A stretch of DNA of 63,310 nucleotides from Tubiluchus corallicola (Eukaryota > Animalia > Priapulida). How positions within the stretch are numbered: position 1 is the first letter of the stretch; every line of letters begins with the position of its first letter. The DNA is taken from the NCBI GenBank assembly GCA_030141605.1, contig JAQGDQ010001095.1, forward strand, positions 1-63,310, in the 5' to 3' direction. Shown here in pieces: positions 24,700 through 38,400 of this stretch. Under the pieces are notes generated by a model. The model saw nothing but the letters and a program-made list of their open reading frames with translations, was not told the origin of the DNA and ran no database searches. The translations under genes were made by a program, and so were the position numbers.

Positions 24700-27030
24700 A
24701 TTAATTAATTACACTACAATTTGAGTTCGAGTCATTACTTTATCATAGCAGCCATTCACTAACTCCTCCTTAGTAATCCTTTCAAATTCTGCTTAACTAG
24801 TTATATCCTAAACTGATTCATTGTCTCTTCTGTTTTCTTTCTTTCTAATATTTCATTTTTGCTAACAAATCATTCTAAGGAGTTCTGTCTTCAAAGTGAT
24901 TTGAGACATATTGGCATGTTGGGAACAAGATTTAAAATAATCATTTATGGACCAACAGACTAAGTTTCTCAGTCTCAGGTGATAATTTTCTTCAAATATT
25001 GTGTAATTGTTACGATATATGCAATATGTGTTGTGTCGAAGTAAAAAATGACTGAACTTGAGCAACACGAAGCCTGGCCAGTAAATGAATGGTGACAGTC
25101 GGGAAAACTACTTTACGGCAGTTTCTTTTGCCATATTGCTCTCACAGTATTTATCTCAAAGAGGAAGGAAGTGCACACACCTGAAGTGACAAGACAACTT
25201 TAGCAGGTCATCTCACTTTAGAAGATTATCTGCCATGATAATCTGGATTCCGGTCCCACCACAACCAATAAGTACACCATGACAGCGATAACCAAGTGGT
25301 CAAGGTGAGTGCTTAGGGACCGATATTAAGCAACGTCAAGCCTGGACAATAGGAATCACTGCCATAAGAACTGCCTCTAAGCGACTTTCTTTTCACAGTG
25401 GTCGCATCTACTTCCATCATACACAAGGATCAATTAGTCACACATGGGGTAATAAATCAAGGGTTGAACGAATCCTCTAGAATTAAATATATTAAATAAC
25501 TTGATTGATCAAAATGAAATGAAAAAATCCAGAACTGGTACTGGATTTCAATCACGCACCTTCAGATTATACAGGTGAAACATTTTGTTATACTATTAGC
25601 CACATAGCTTTTAATAATCAAAAATGTCTTCATTCAATCCTAATAGCTTCTCACCTGATGCAACATATCCGATATAACTTTATTACATATTAAATGAGCT
25701 AAGATTTGTTAACTTGACAAATGTTACAGAAGCAAATGCTTAAATTTTTAAGAAAAAAGGGAATAAAATTGATACATTACCTGACACAGTTGATCGGCAT
25801 ACAATTGTATTTCCAACACTTGGTTGCTTTGTCTTTTGCGGCATCCTCTGCTTTGCGATTGCTGAATCTTGAGTTAGCTTGTCGTATTCGTGATCAGCAC
25901 CAGCTGATGCACGTGAACAGAAGCAGAAAAATGAATATTTCTTCGATGGCTCTGATACTTCAATATACCAATTCCTTCTGTCTAATCAGGGATGAATACA
26001 GATTTTAGAACAAAGGTGGGCCCAGCATGAAAGCAGTTAGGGTGTCTAGGGTGGAGCCCCATCCAACAATGCACTTTGCTGTATTTTTGTGCCTGCTAGA
26101 AGCAATTCCTCAAGGAAGTTCACTAATTTAGAGCAGGTGTTACCCAACAGATGGCTCTTTCTTGCTATTATTATGAAATTTTATTTTAAGCGATAGTTTT
26201 TGTGTATTAAGTAACTTCCATTCACAGGCTATGCACTGACAAGCTCCATTGCAGAATTATAGGCAGTAACTGCTCAGCACGACTATCAGAATTACCACTT
26301 CAGTATACAGAAATGAAAACGGTAAAGTAAACTCATTTTTACTGCAGATTTAATAGCAGTATCTTTAGGCTTTGCTTCTCTTTTCATGCAATTCTCAAAA
26401 GCAAAATTTTGTAGTTACTGCCCATTATTTTTGCAAGGCAATATATAGCTCAGTGAAACTGCATTAAATTTACTGATAAATGTTTAAAAAACTCCAAAAA
26501 AATAAAATAACAATAGAAACCTACCCCCACGACAAGCTTGAATGATAAATATTTTTGGTTTCCCAAGCAAATCCACAGCTCTGTGTCCTAAGAATTCATT
26601 TATTATTATCATTATTTACCATTCACCATTATATATATATATATATATATAAAAACATTGATGAAGTCAAATTAACCAAATAAAAGAATTGCTGTATGAC
26701 ACCTTGAAAGCTTGGCTTTTCAAGGTGGCAGAAATGAGTGAATGAAAGAATGGTTAGGGTTAGTAGACATGATGGAATGGAAAATAGTAAGATTAGGGAC
26801 AAGAAGAAGGAAGGGAGGAGAGGATGAGTTAATGAAAGAATGGCTAGGGTTAGCAGACATGATGGAATGGAAAAAAATAGTAAGATTAGGGATAGGAAGA
26901 AGGAAAAGAGGAGAAGAAACGATCACAGTGCATGTTTAATTTACATAGAGCTATATTAAAACAATTGACTGGAGGCCATATATTGCGACTGCATGAGACA
27001 TGCAAGCATTAAAATGTATTATAAGTATGA
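24700..27030 (-). pseudogene. Partial direct duplicate of the caspase-STING gene interior (copy of ~34228-36886) with the QACRG exon (26587-26525) and linker exon (25903-25781)
   Basis: Near-identical over ~2.3 kb; both exons keep open frames and splice sites; no THG or SWR exons found nearby. Confidence 0.85.
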
Positions 27031-28968
27031 CTTGAAATCTAAACAAAAGTTAAATATAAACAAAATAACGTTATTTATATGTGACAATAAATGAAATGGT
27101 ACATGTCAAATAAATCTGCATAACAATAGCATCTTGAACGCTGCAGAGGGGACCACAAACAGGACTACATAAAAATGTACCACATCTTGCCGCAAAATTG
27201 GTCAGCATAGTCAGATAAAGTTCAAAGGATTTAATTCACACTCTCCACCACATGCCAAGCTTACTATTAAAAAGACACTTTATTTTTTCTCCTTTACTAT
27301 GAGTATAGTATGATGATAAATTCAAAATAAATGATTGCTCATTGAATGTGAGTAATTATCAAAAAACAAAGAACAAAAGTTGGCAAATTACATGTATTGA
27401 TAATCTTGATCTTAACAAGTTAACAAATGAACAAACGCATGTCATGACGATGGTAACGAACATTACTGGGAAATCTTATTCTTACTGCAGACGTAGCTTC
27501 TTGTGCTTTTTCCGCCTTTACTAAAATTGTGTATATATCTATTGCTAATGATAGTAACTGGAATAATCAGGAATATACATATATACACGTATTAGAACCA
27601 TTATTCGTTAGTCGTTATCATTTCCTGCTTACATTACACTAGTGCATATTCTGCATAATGCTCTCCTTAAAGAGATTATAATACAGCTTGGTATTGGTTA
27701 CACTGGCAGACACTAAGCGATTTTTCTTTAGCAGTTCTTCTTTTAACAGTTTCTAAGTGACACTGGCCGACATTTTTTATACAAAATATTATCTTATAGC
27801 TCTTGACCGAGTTTACCTAAAGTACATATACTTAGATATCTATTTTAATACATAAAAACTAGTTTAGTGCTTCACATTATGGATTTTTAAGAAGAATGAA
27901 TTCAGTTTTAATCACATTTTTCTAGGAAAGCAGTCAATACGTTTATCATTGATAATAAATAACAAAAGTAAACTAAACATGGCCTGACTAAACTAATTAG
28001 ACGACATTGGCATCAGACAAATGAGGAATACGACTTTCTTGCGATTGTTCCATGTTCATAATCACTAGGTAATTTTGCGTATAAATACACTTATAATCAA
28101 CAATGCACGAACATCCTACATAGTCCTCATTTATAAAGCAAAGCCAGTAGCAGCTTTTACTGAATTAAAGTTATAAGGTTATAGACAGAGTACAGACTGT
28201 ATAATGGATGACGTCAGAACAATGGTTTTGCGTCAGCAGTTTTCCAAGCGAAAATCGTGCGAAATGGAACCTCCAACCAACTCATTACAGCTCCTCAGGA
28301 AGGAAGCATCCTAAAACATAGCCCAGATCATCGTGTCGCCCTGTTCTTCCTCTTTCTAAAGAGCTATATATCTCCTTTCGAGAGTCCCACCAGGTGCCGC
28401 TAGAACGTTTTTCTACAGGCCATTTGGTCAAAATTTCGAAAAAATCCGGAATTGGGTCCAGGAAAATGTCCGTTACGGGACGCCGTGGCCCTCTCGCGAA
28501 TTCTAAATATGCCTATTACACCCACCGCTGAACAGGCTATCTATCCATACCCAGCACCACCATCGGCCCATTCCTGTTCTCCAGAAGTAAGAGATATACG
28601 TTTTGCAAAAAACGGCCAAAAAATGGCCATTTTTGGAGCTTTTTTGCCCCCCCCCCCTCCCCGTTCCTCCCGGTGGGCCCGATTCGAAAAATAAATGTCC
28701 AATGGCACGAAACTGGGTCGAGACCTCTTTTTTGATATATAGATCGCCACAAATGGTGCCGTCGTCCGAGCTGTAGCCTCGAATCTTATATATATATATA
28801 TATATATACGAGCGAAGTTAATATATACGATATATATGATAATTATACTATAATATGTATAATATTCGTATAATTAGTTGCGGTTGTGTCATAAAGTCGA
28901 TGACTACCTGTACTAGAAAGAAAATTAATTCTGCTATCATAAGTTTTTTGCACACCATGATTTAATCA

Positions 28969-29427
28969 TTATTTTCCTTCCCCCAAGCAAGAATGCTGTA
29001 CTGCAAAAATACCACGCAATTCGGTCACAAGCGGCGGCCCAATAGTTTTACGCGTGTCATTGTAACTAACAACTTTATAATTTTTCTCCAATATGGTGTT
29101 CTCGTCCAGCAAACTTTCCAGTCTAATGCAGAACTGCTCATAGAATGTGTTGAGCAAACTGTCATCTAGCACTCCATGATCTCGCATGTATCTGAGGAAA
29201 CGTAATGGCGTAGCAAATTCAGCAATAAAGTAGTCGTCATCCAGCTTGTATACTGTACTGTGCCCAACGTATCTCTGCTTATCTGAAAGACAGAACTTGG
29301 CAGAATCTCCCTGTAGACTGTCTAGGTTGCCCTTGACTTCAATTTCAGGTACGTTTTCCAGTGAGTCGAGAACAATACAGGATGACGGAAGAAGAACCAG
29401 CAGTTTGTTGATAGTAAATTTAACACC
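28969..29427 (-). CDS. STING-like domain 2 core, terminal exon
   Basis: GVKFTINKLLVLLPSSCIV...HSTVYKLDDDYFIAEFATPLRFL...FYEQFCIRLESLL...YKVVSYND, ending in TAA; in frame with the ORF-track ORF 28969-29187. Confidence 0.88.
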   Translation of the reverse strand, partial: GVKFTINKLLVLLPSSCIVLDSLENVPEIEVKGNLDSLQGDSAKFCLSDKQRYVGHSTVYKLDDDYFIAEFATPLRFLRYMRDHGVLDDSLLNTFYEQFCIRLESLLDENTILEKNYKVVSYNDTRKTIGPPLVTELRGIFAVQHSCLGEGK

Positions 29428-32400
29428 CTGTTACGAAAAAGTAAAATTAAAATCAAAAAACAAAATCGTTAAATTGACTAAAGATGCTTATATTGTTGCG
29501 TTTTCTCAAAAAAAAGATCCATAATCATAAATCGTCGTCCTGTTTTTTGTCAGAAAGAATTATCCAAAAATGTTGGCACCAACTCAGTGAATGCTAGAAG
29601 GGCAAAAGCTTGAACTTGGTCACCACAGTTTACATGCAAAATAGCTGAAGTGGCAAAGCACATCACTTGCAACTGAATCCAAAGATGTCATTAGAAGTCT
29701 TCCTTGGTATGCAATTTTTTAACAAATAAATAATGAGATATTTACTAGTAATTCGTTTTAAATTAAGTAAAATGGCTCAAACCTAATGATTTTCCCACTT
29801 ATAGTTTCACTAGCTGAACAAAAAAGCTCCTACTAAGATATTTATAAAGAAAAAACATTCTCTTAGTTATACTTTTCCTCATATAAGTAAATTGGTACTT
29901 GAAGTTCAGTTAATCTATACACTAAATTAAAACCAAGACCTAAATTAAAAAAAGCAATAACATCATTAGATGGATGGAAACCTCCAGATACATTCTTCTA
30001 TAAGCACAAAATAGGTGCCAATACTGTCACATTTGCCTTAAGATGCTGCCAATGCAGTGCCATTTTGCTCAGCTTCATACATTCTAATAAAATTTACTAT
30101 GAAATGAACCTTTTCAGTGGTTCTTTAAACATTTTCTGGATTATGCAGATTTTGGAAATCATTTCCTTGTTGTCATTCCTGTTCTGTTCGTTGTGTGTTT
30201 TGGTGCCAATAACATTGCAATGTCATTTTAGAAAAATAAACAACTTGGATAGACAAAGGCTTAAAAACAACAGATGTTTAACTATTAAAATCTCTTCATT
30301 ACAATGTGCAGTCACTGGATTAGCACAGCAGTTAAAAGAGACTAATACTATAAACAACACAGTTCTATTAGTGATGCAAGATTATACATGTTGCATACCT
30401 GGTCGTCTGTTTCCATCAGTTCATCATCCTCATCATCGTCATCATCACTGTCTGACTCGACATTCTGCTGTGCACCTGGCCGTTTAAACTGATTCAAACG
30501 CTCTTGAAGATTAATTGAATAATTGTGGAAATAATGCCCAGCATACCTGTACCAGAAAAAGTGCAAGTTGACGAACAAGTTGAATGTCATTATAAATTTG
30601 ACAATTATAAAAGTTAAATTTTAATACCAGTCATTAGAAACTTTGCACAATCTAGCACATGACTTGAAGGAAAAAGTCATACAGACCTTTCTGCTATAAG
30701 AAATCCAACTGGCATCTCAGCAGTAAGATTAAAATAACTAGCATCTGACTTAGCCACCCATGCAGGTAAATCCCAGCCAGTGCCTGGACCCCTCAAACAG
30801 GAACCCACGTTGGGCTTTTCGAACTGTTTGCAAGCTTCCTTTAAGACAGCTCTAAGTGTCTCCTGTTCATCGTCATATGGTAGCAACACAAATGGAATTG
30901 ACTCAGCACGTTCCTGTGTCACAATGTCTTGCAACGTCTTGTGAAATGCAGCTACCTCTCCTAGCTGCTGTCGGATATTGTTAGTGTTGGCTGGAATGGC
31001 TTTTATAGCACTCGGGTAGTCCACTGCAACATAGAATTTCTTCTCGTCCGGCCCGATAGGCCATACCGTAACTCCGTATTTTCGACCTTTCATGCCGGCC
31101 ATATCTTTTGTAATGTTGAACACATGAGCAGCTTCCTTAAACTTGTCAATTTCATCAGAAACACGGCTTCCTAGACAGCTTTGTGAATAGACAATAATTT
31201 GTTTCGGGATGACATGCTCCAAACTTTTATCAGTCTCTTTCCACTTTGATATCTCTCGTTCAAAGTCATCCTTGATAACTGCAGGATAACCAATCCAGTG
31301 CCAGTAAGCAAGTGCTATACCTAATCCTACTGGATCAGTTTCCTAAAAAGTTTTAGACTTTACAAGGAAGTGAGATAACGGTTTTCATAACGCTGTTGTT
31401 CAGAAAAATTGTAAACTACATAACAAACTTTAAAAATGCTGATTATTAATTTTAAATATTATACACAAAATGTATCTATTGCAACAAGTATTGATAGTAC
31501 AAAAATGTAATATAGGACTTATATGCATCTTACAATGCGAAATTGGGCACTTACAAGTGGTGGATTGAAAAATAGTCTTTTCATCAATGAAGACTCCAAT
31601 TCGGGAACTTGAGTATCAGGATCCTTCTCAAAACCAGCAAACACTTGACGATGTACCTAAAACAACGCACTTCGATGAATATTTTAATCTGAGACTGTTC
31701 TCAGCATGTCAATACCTTTCTGGTTCTTAGGGGAAAAGTTGCTATCCCAACTTTGGTTCTAATGTGTGCCACACTAGCTAATATACATGGTTAGTGTACT
31801 AACAGCAAGCAATGAAAAATAATACTAGACCGTGTTTATGACAAAGTCATAAAGTAAGTCAAAACTTAAGATTCTGCATTAGAGCTAAAATTGCAAAGTT
31901 CTGCTGACTGTGAAAAATCTTTCTTGACTTGATCTTTGTCTCAAGATCATAATTTTTCTGTTGCTGAATTTTCCGTACTTGATTACCTTGAATATATATA
32001 TATAAATATATACTCCCTCCTGTACCACACTGTGGCTACGCAAGTTAAGTGCGCACCCTGAAAGTTTCGTGATTCTAGTTCTTACACTTATGGAGTTATT
32101 GACCAGACCCCATTTTAACACTCTCGCTCATGTCACGTGACCTGGCGAATGCCCACTTTTCAAAAAATACTTAATGCACATCTACTCTAGCCCGCTTACT
32201 TACATATACATAAACCACGGCTCTTAGTTTAAAACTATAAGATCAGTTGAGTGACAAAGTTATTCGACCTAATTTTCACAGTTTGGGTCCTGCTGCTGTG
32301 GCCTTTGACCCTGAGGTCAGAATATTAATTATCTCCAAGATCCTCAAAACAAACTAGTAAAAAGAGTTCTACACCTAATGCTGTGTACAATTAATGCTGT

Positions 32401-35400
32401 GTAATGCTGTGGTACTGCAATTAATATAAATCTTTAGCTTTGTAGAAATATGTCAAGCATGACTGCTGCCAGCTGGGAGGATGTTCCTCCTCTTGCAGGT
32501 CACGCCAAAATAGTTGTAAAATTGGGGAATGCTGATAAAAAGCATCTCTTTTTACCCGGAAAGACAAAGGAGCGAGAGCATACAAATGAAAATGGTGAAT
32601 CACACAGACCACTACAAAATAAGCTACATCAAATGCAAGAATTGACTGTTACTGCCTTCAGTGTCTATGGCTACGTGTGAGTTTACTCTCACAGTTTCCA
32701 TGGTGAACAGAAAGTTTTCGTCCAGGCAATTTTTTGTAGTTTACTTTAGCTTACTCTATTTATTTTTAGTGCATGGTAAGTTATTTTTAGGGTATTATAT
32801 GATAATTTTACATAAAAGGTGAATTGAATGGAATTTACCGAGTAACTACGATCATGCAAATCAAACGTGCTCATTAATACTTAACACTTTGCACAGAAAA
32901 GTTAGAATGCTAAGCATAGCATCAATAAAGATCGACGCAATCATTGTAATATTAAATGTAAATAAATTAATTAAAACAATAAATGTAAATAAATTAATAG
33001 CTAACTGATCTGTATCTTCCTTTCGATTTTGGTTTATCAAATTGGTTTATCACTTTGCACTCCACATTTGCTGTAATCGCTTTGCAACTTCGCATGACAT
33101 TATTCCTTATAATGGAGTCTGTAAACCCTTATTATTAATAATATTTAATGGCTGCCCATTGACAGCAATTGTTTTTGCATTAGCACCAGCAATAGCTGTA
33201 GTTTGGCAATGGTAGCTCATGTTTGGACAACAGTGTTTCTTTTTTAACATTTTGGACTCATTTCCTACTGGTTCACTGTGTTGTTTTTTCACTGCTTCCT
33301 CAAATACAGAATGATACATTTATTCTCTACTCAATGTAGCAGACGTGTACCTGTGCACACTGCAAGCGAAGGTTTCCCACATTGCGTTTTAGTCATCATG
33401 TTATCGCAATCCTAAATAGTCTATTTTCTAATTAAATAATTTAAATATCTCTTGTTTCATTAAAACTTATCTGACATGTTTATTCAAAAGCATTTTCAGG
33501 AAGGTCGTTAATTGTTAAGAACTGGTTATCAAGCATTAGTGATAACAAGTATTATGCAGGATTAATTATTGAAATGTACTACTAGAATTTTTGGATCCGG
33601 GACCCAGGACAATTTTTGCCCGTTCCGGTGCACCCTTAGCATTAACTCACCCTAGTCATTAATTCATGAATATGTAGACAGCTAGCATTCTGCGCAAACT
33701 CTGTCACCAGTTTTCTGATGAACGACGTACCCTCAGTTTCAGACCTCCATGAAACATATCCTGCACAGCCAAAAACAATGTTAATGAAAAATTGGTAACA
33801 TAAAAATGGATTTTTCTATCATTTGGGGCTCTAGAAAGCTGTAGTAGCAGTGTTATCATTACGTCATTATGTCAAGACTTTTGCTACCTTACTGTCGATC
33901 AAAACTGGCTAAACATTCTATTACATATATAGGATACACATTACATTACACATATACATCATTAAGGTACACTTTAAATCTTACTATTAAATCTGCTATA
34001 TCAATCAAAAGTTTTAAATTATGTTATTAGTCAGAAAAATTTAACAATTATCATGATAACTAGTGTCTTAATTTGTCTTGATTAATACATAAGAAGATAC
34101 ATCATTATCATATTAGCAGGATCAGTACTTAATTGCAGCTTAATGAGTCTATTGTTATTAATACAGATCCAAATAGTGAACTTTACAGCAGCACAGAATT
34201 TCATTGAACTAAAACCTGATATAATATAATTAATTACACTACAATTTGAGTTCGAGTCATTGCTTTATCATAGCAGCCATTCACTAACTCCTCCTTAGTA
34301 ATCCTTTCAAATTCTGCTTAACTAGTTATATCCTAAACTGATTCATTGTTTCTTCTGTTTTCTTTCTTTCTAATATTTCATTTTTGCTAACAAATCATTC
34401 TAAGGAGTTCTGTCTTCAAAGTGATTTGAGACATATTGGCATGTTGGGAACAAGATTTAAAATAATCATTTATGGACCAACAGACTAAGTTTCTCAGTCT
34501 CAGGTGATAATTTTCTTCAAATATTGTGTAATTGTTACGATATATGAAATATGTGTTGTGTCGAAGTAAAAAATGACTGAACTTGAGCAACACGAAGCCT
34601 GGCCAGTAAATGAATGGTGACAGTCGGGAAAACTACTTTACGGCAGTTTCTTTTGCCATATTGCTCTCACAGTATTTATCTCAAAGAGGAAGGAAGTGCA
34701 CACACCTGAAGTGACAAGACAACTTTAGCAGGTCATCTCACTTTAGAAGATTATCTGCCATGATAATCTGGATTCCGGTCCCACCACAACCAATAAGTAC
34801 ACCATGACAGCGATAACCAAGTGGTCAAGGTGAGTGCTTAGGGACCGATATTAAGCAACGTCAAGCCTGGACAATAGGAATCACTGCCATAAGAACTGCC
34901 TCTAAGCGACTTTCTTTTCACAGTGGTCGCATCTACTTCCATCATACACAAGGATCAATTAGTCACACATGGGGTAATAAATCAAGGGTTGAACGAATCC
35001 TCTAGAATTAAATATATTAAATAACTTGATTGATCAAAATGAAATGAAAAAATCCAGAACTGGTACTGGATTTCAATCATGCACCTTCAGAATGATAATC
35101 TGGATTCAGGTCCCACCACAACCAATAAGTACACCATGACAGCGATAACCAAGTGGTCAAGGTGAGTGCTTAGGGACCGATATTAAGCAACGTCAAGCCT
35201 TCTGATTATACAGGTGAAACATTTTGTTATACTATTAGCCACATAGCTTTTAATAATCACAAATATCTTCATTCAATCCTAATAGCTTCTCACCTGATGC
35301 AACATATCCGATATTCCTTTATTACATATTAAATGAGCTAAGGTTTGTTAACTTGACAAATGTTACAGAAGCAAATGCTTAAATTTTTAAGAAAAAAGGG

Positions 35401-38400
35401 AATAAAATTGATACATTACCTGACACAGTTGATCGGCATACATAAAATTGATACATTACCTGACACAGTTGATCGGCATACAATTGTATTTCCAACACTT
35501 GGTTGCTTTGTCTTTTGCGGCATCCTCTGCTTTGCGATTGCTGAATCTTGAGTTAGCTTGTCGTATTCGTGATCAGCACCAGCTGATGCACGTGAACAGA
35601 AGCAGAAAAATGAATATTTCTTTGATGGCTCGGATACTTCAATATACCAATTCCTTCTGTCTAATCAGGAATGAATACAGATTTTAGAACAAAGGTGGGC
35701 CCAGCATGAAAGCAGTTAGGTTGTCTAGGGTGGAGCCCCATCCAACAATGCACTTTGCTGTATTTTTGTGCCTGCTAGAAGCAATTCCTCAAGGAAGTTC
35801 ACTAATTTAGAACAGGTGTTACCCAACAGATGACTCTTTCTTGCTATTATTATGAAATTTTATTTTAAGAGATAGTTTTTGTGTATTAAGTAACTTCCAT
35901 TCACAGGCTATGCACTGACTAGCTCCATTGCAGAATTATAGGCAGTAACTGCTCAGCACGACTATCAGAATTACCACTTCATTATCTAGAAATGAAAACG
36001 GTAAAGTAAACTCATTTTTACTGCAGATTTAATAGCAGTATCTTTAGGCTTTGCTTCTCTTTTCATGCAATTCTCAAAAGCAAAATTTTGTAGTTACTGC
36101 CCATTATTTTTGCAAGGCAATATATAGCTCAGTGAAACTGCATTAAATTTACTGATAAATGTTTAAAAAACTCCAAAAAAAAACAATAGAAACCTACCTC
36201 CACGACAAGCTTGAATGATAAATATTTTTGGTTTCCCAAGCAAATCCACAGCACTGCTACCTAAGAATTCATTTATTATTATCATTATTTACCATTCACC
36301 ATTATATATATATATATATATATATAAAAACATTGATGAAGTCAAATTAACCAAATAAAAGAATTGCTGCATGACACCTTGAAAGCTTGGCTTGTTAAGG
36401 TGGTACAAACGAGTGAATGAAAGAATGGTTAAGGTTAGTAGACATGATGGGATGGAAAATAGTAAGATTAGGGACAAGAAGAAGGAAGGGAGGGGAGGAT
36501 GAGCGAATGAAAGAACGGTTAGGGTTAGTAGACATGCTGGAATGGAAAAAATAGTAAGATTAGGGATAGGAAGAAGGAAGGGAAGGGAGGATGAGTGAAT
36601 GAAAGAATGGTTAGGGTTAGTAGACATGATGGAATGGAAAATAGTAAGATTAGGGATAGGAAGAAGGAAGGGAGGGGAGAATGAGTGAATGAAAGAATGG
36701 TTAGGGTTAGTAGACATGATGGAATGGAAAAAATAGTAAGATTAGGGATAGGAAGAAGGAAAAGAGGAGAAGAAACGATCACAGTGCATGTTTAATTTAC
36801 ATAGAGCCATATTAAAATAATTGATTGGAAGCCATATATTGCGACTGCATGAGACATGGAAGTATTAAAATGTATTATAAGTATGAATCAAAAATTGTCC
36901 TTTTAAAGTACTTTTTGAAACTATAAATAGTTTTGTGTATTTTTACTTGGGCACTTATTTTATTCCAGTTGTTGGGGGTTGTGAATTTAATAAAGTGAAC
37001 CCTAAACCTATATCTGTATACTTAGATGGGAACTAAGTCTAGACTGGTAGGGGTGTCCTAATGAAACGGGAAGCTTTGGCTTCGACACAAAAACTGAAAA
37101 AAATCAGTCGTACTTTAACCATGTTTCGGATTATGGTACATTATTTAAGAATGCCGTTAAAGCAATATCATTATCATTAAGCAATGCCATTATATGTACT
37201 TTTCAAATAATTAATGGCCTACCACTAAATAAAGGTAAAATCTGCACAGAAAAGTCCAAATGGCCGTCTCTAGTGAGTAACAGGTCACCTTTGTCGCCAT
37301 GGGTTAGTATTGCCACAACACATGAATCAACACTACGATGCTTAGTATCTTGCGCAAACTTTTTAATGACAGACAGCGTATCCTGAAAAAAAAATTGCAT
37401 AAGTATAAATAGCAGTGATACTATCAAAATATCCGTGCAACTTTCCAAAAGAGAATTATCTGAATCCAGTATTTGAACACAAAAACTGGCTGTAAAGAAT
37501 ATTGAAATAGTAAAAAATCTGGTGGATTATTAACACTCAGGTTAGATGCACCTTGAATGTTTACAGCTGGTCTCTATAATTTACGATGTTCAGAAGTGGA
37601 GATGTGCTGGTACTGCTTCTTTGCCAGACAACAATCCCTACAGATGCATCTCTGCAAAACTTAAAATAGTTTTCAGCATGAAAAGTTACCAAAGTTTGCA
37701 GCAGCAAATGACTTTTTGATTTTAGGCAAATTATAAAGAAAAATTTAATCTGACAATCATGAAAACTGTATGCTTGTACTATGCAACAAAAACAGATGGT
37801 GTGTACCAAATGCAGTCAATGAAAACCAGAATTTGTTACACTACAGGCCAGCCAAAGTAATGTATTAATGTTTCTTGATAGCAGTATCTAAGCATTTACA
37901 GTAATAAGTTACTATTGTTTTATTATTACCCAACAGTGCTACAAGCTTTACAGTTTCTGTATTCAGCACGTTGTCGTGAATAGATTTATGAATCGATAAT
38001 TTGGAGATAAAATCGGATGCCTCCCTGATTAGATGATTTGATAAGATAAATTTATTGATTAATAGAGGAACTCCTCCAGCTGGTGAGCACGGATTTAATG
38101 AGAAGCAAATTATTCTACAGAGGTGTTTTGTTATCATTTGCTGAGGGTAAACAGGCGTCTGTTCAGTGAGGACATAATCGTTCTTTATAGCCCTATGCAG
38201 AGTTGCACTTAATTAACAGAAAAGTTGCAATAGGCAAATTTCTTTGGATTGGCCAAGCTTGTATCGGCGCTCGAAGATGCCAAGCGAAGAGGTTCTAAAG
38301 AATCGCAGATAATTGGGATCTTTCTCGTGGAGCAGAAAAACTCGAAGGCCACCATAAATCGCCCGGTAGGGGATACCAGGGTAATTCAAGGATGTCACCT

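Noticed and set aside
28190-28810. GC-rich block ending in (TA)n, and similar blocks near 32000-32330 and 40670-41040
   Set aside because: Probably non-autonomous transposons (Helitron- or MITE-like), but ends and class could not be defined by eye.
36430-36710. GGTTAGGGTTAG as interstitial telomere
   Set aside because: Only two hexamers per ~90-bp unit; not a telomeric array.
24700-36886. The two 2.3-2.6-kb direct repeats as LTRs of a large retroelement
   Set aside because: They contain caspase exons and introns, lack TG...CA ends and TSDs, and enclose no gag or pol.
37022-37094. Candidate exon VFVSKPKL... as a catalytically dead caspase exon
   Set aside because: The true GKPKIFIIQACRG exon is at 36260-36198 with better splice sites, so the KPKL match looks coincidental.
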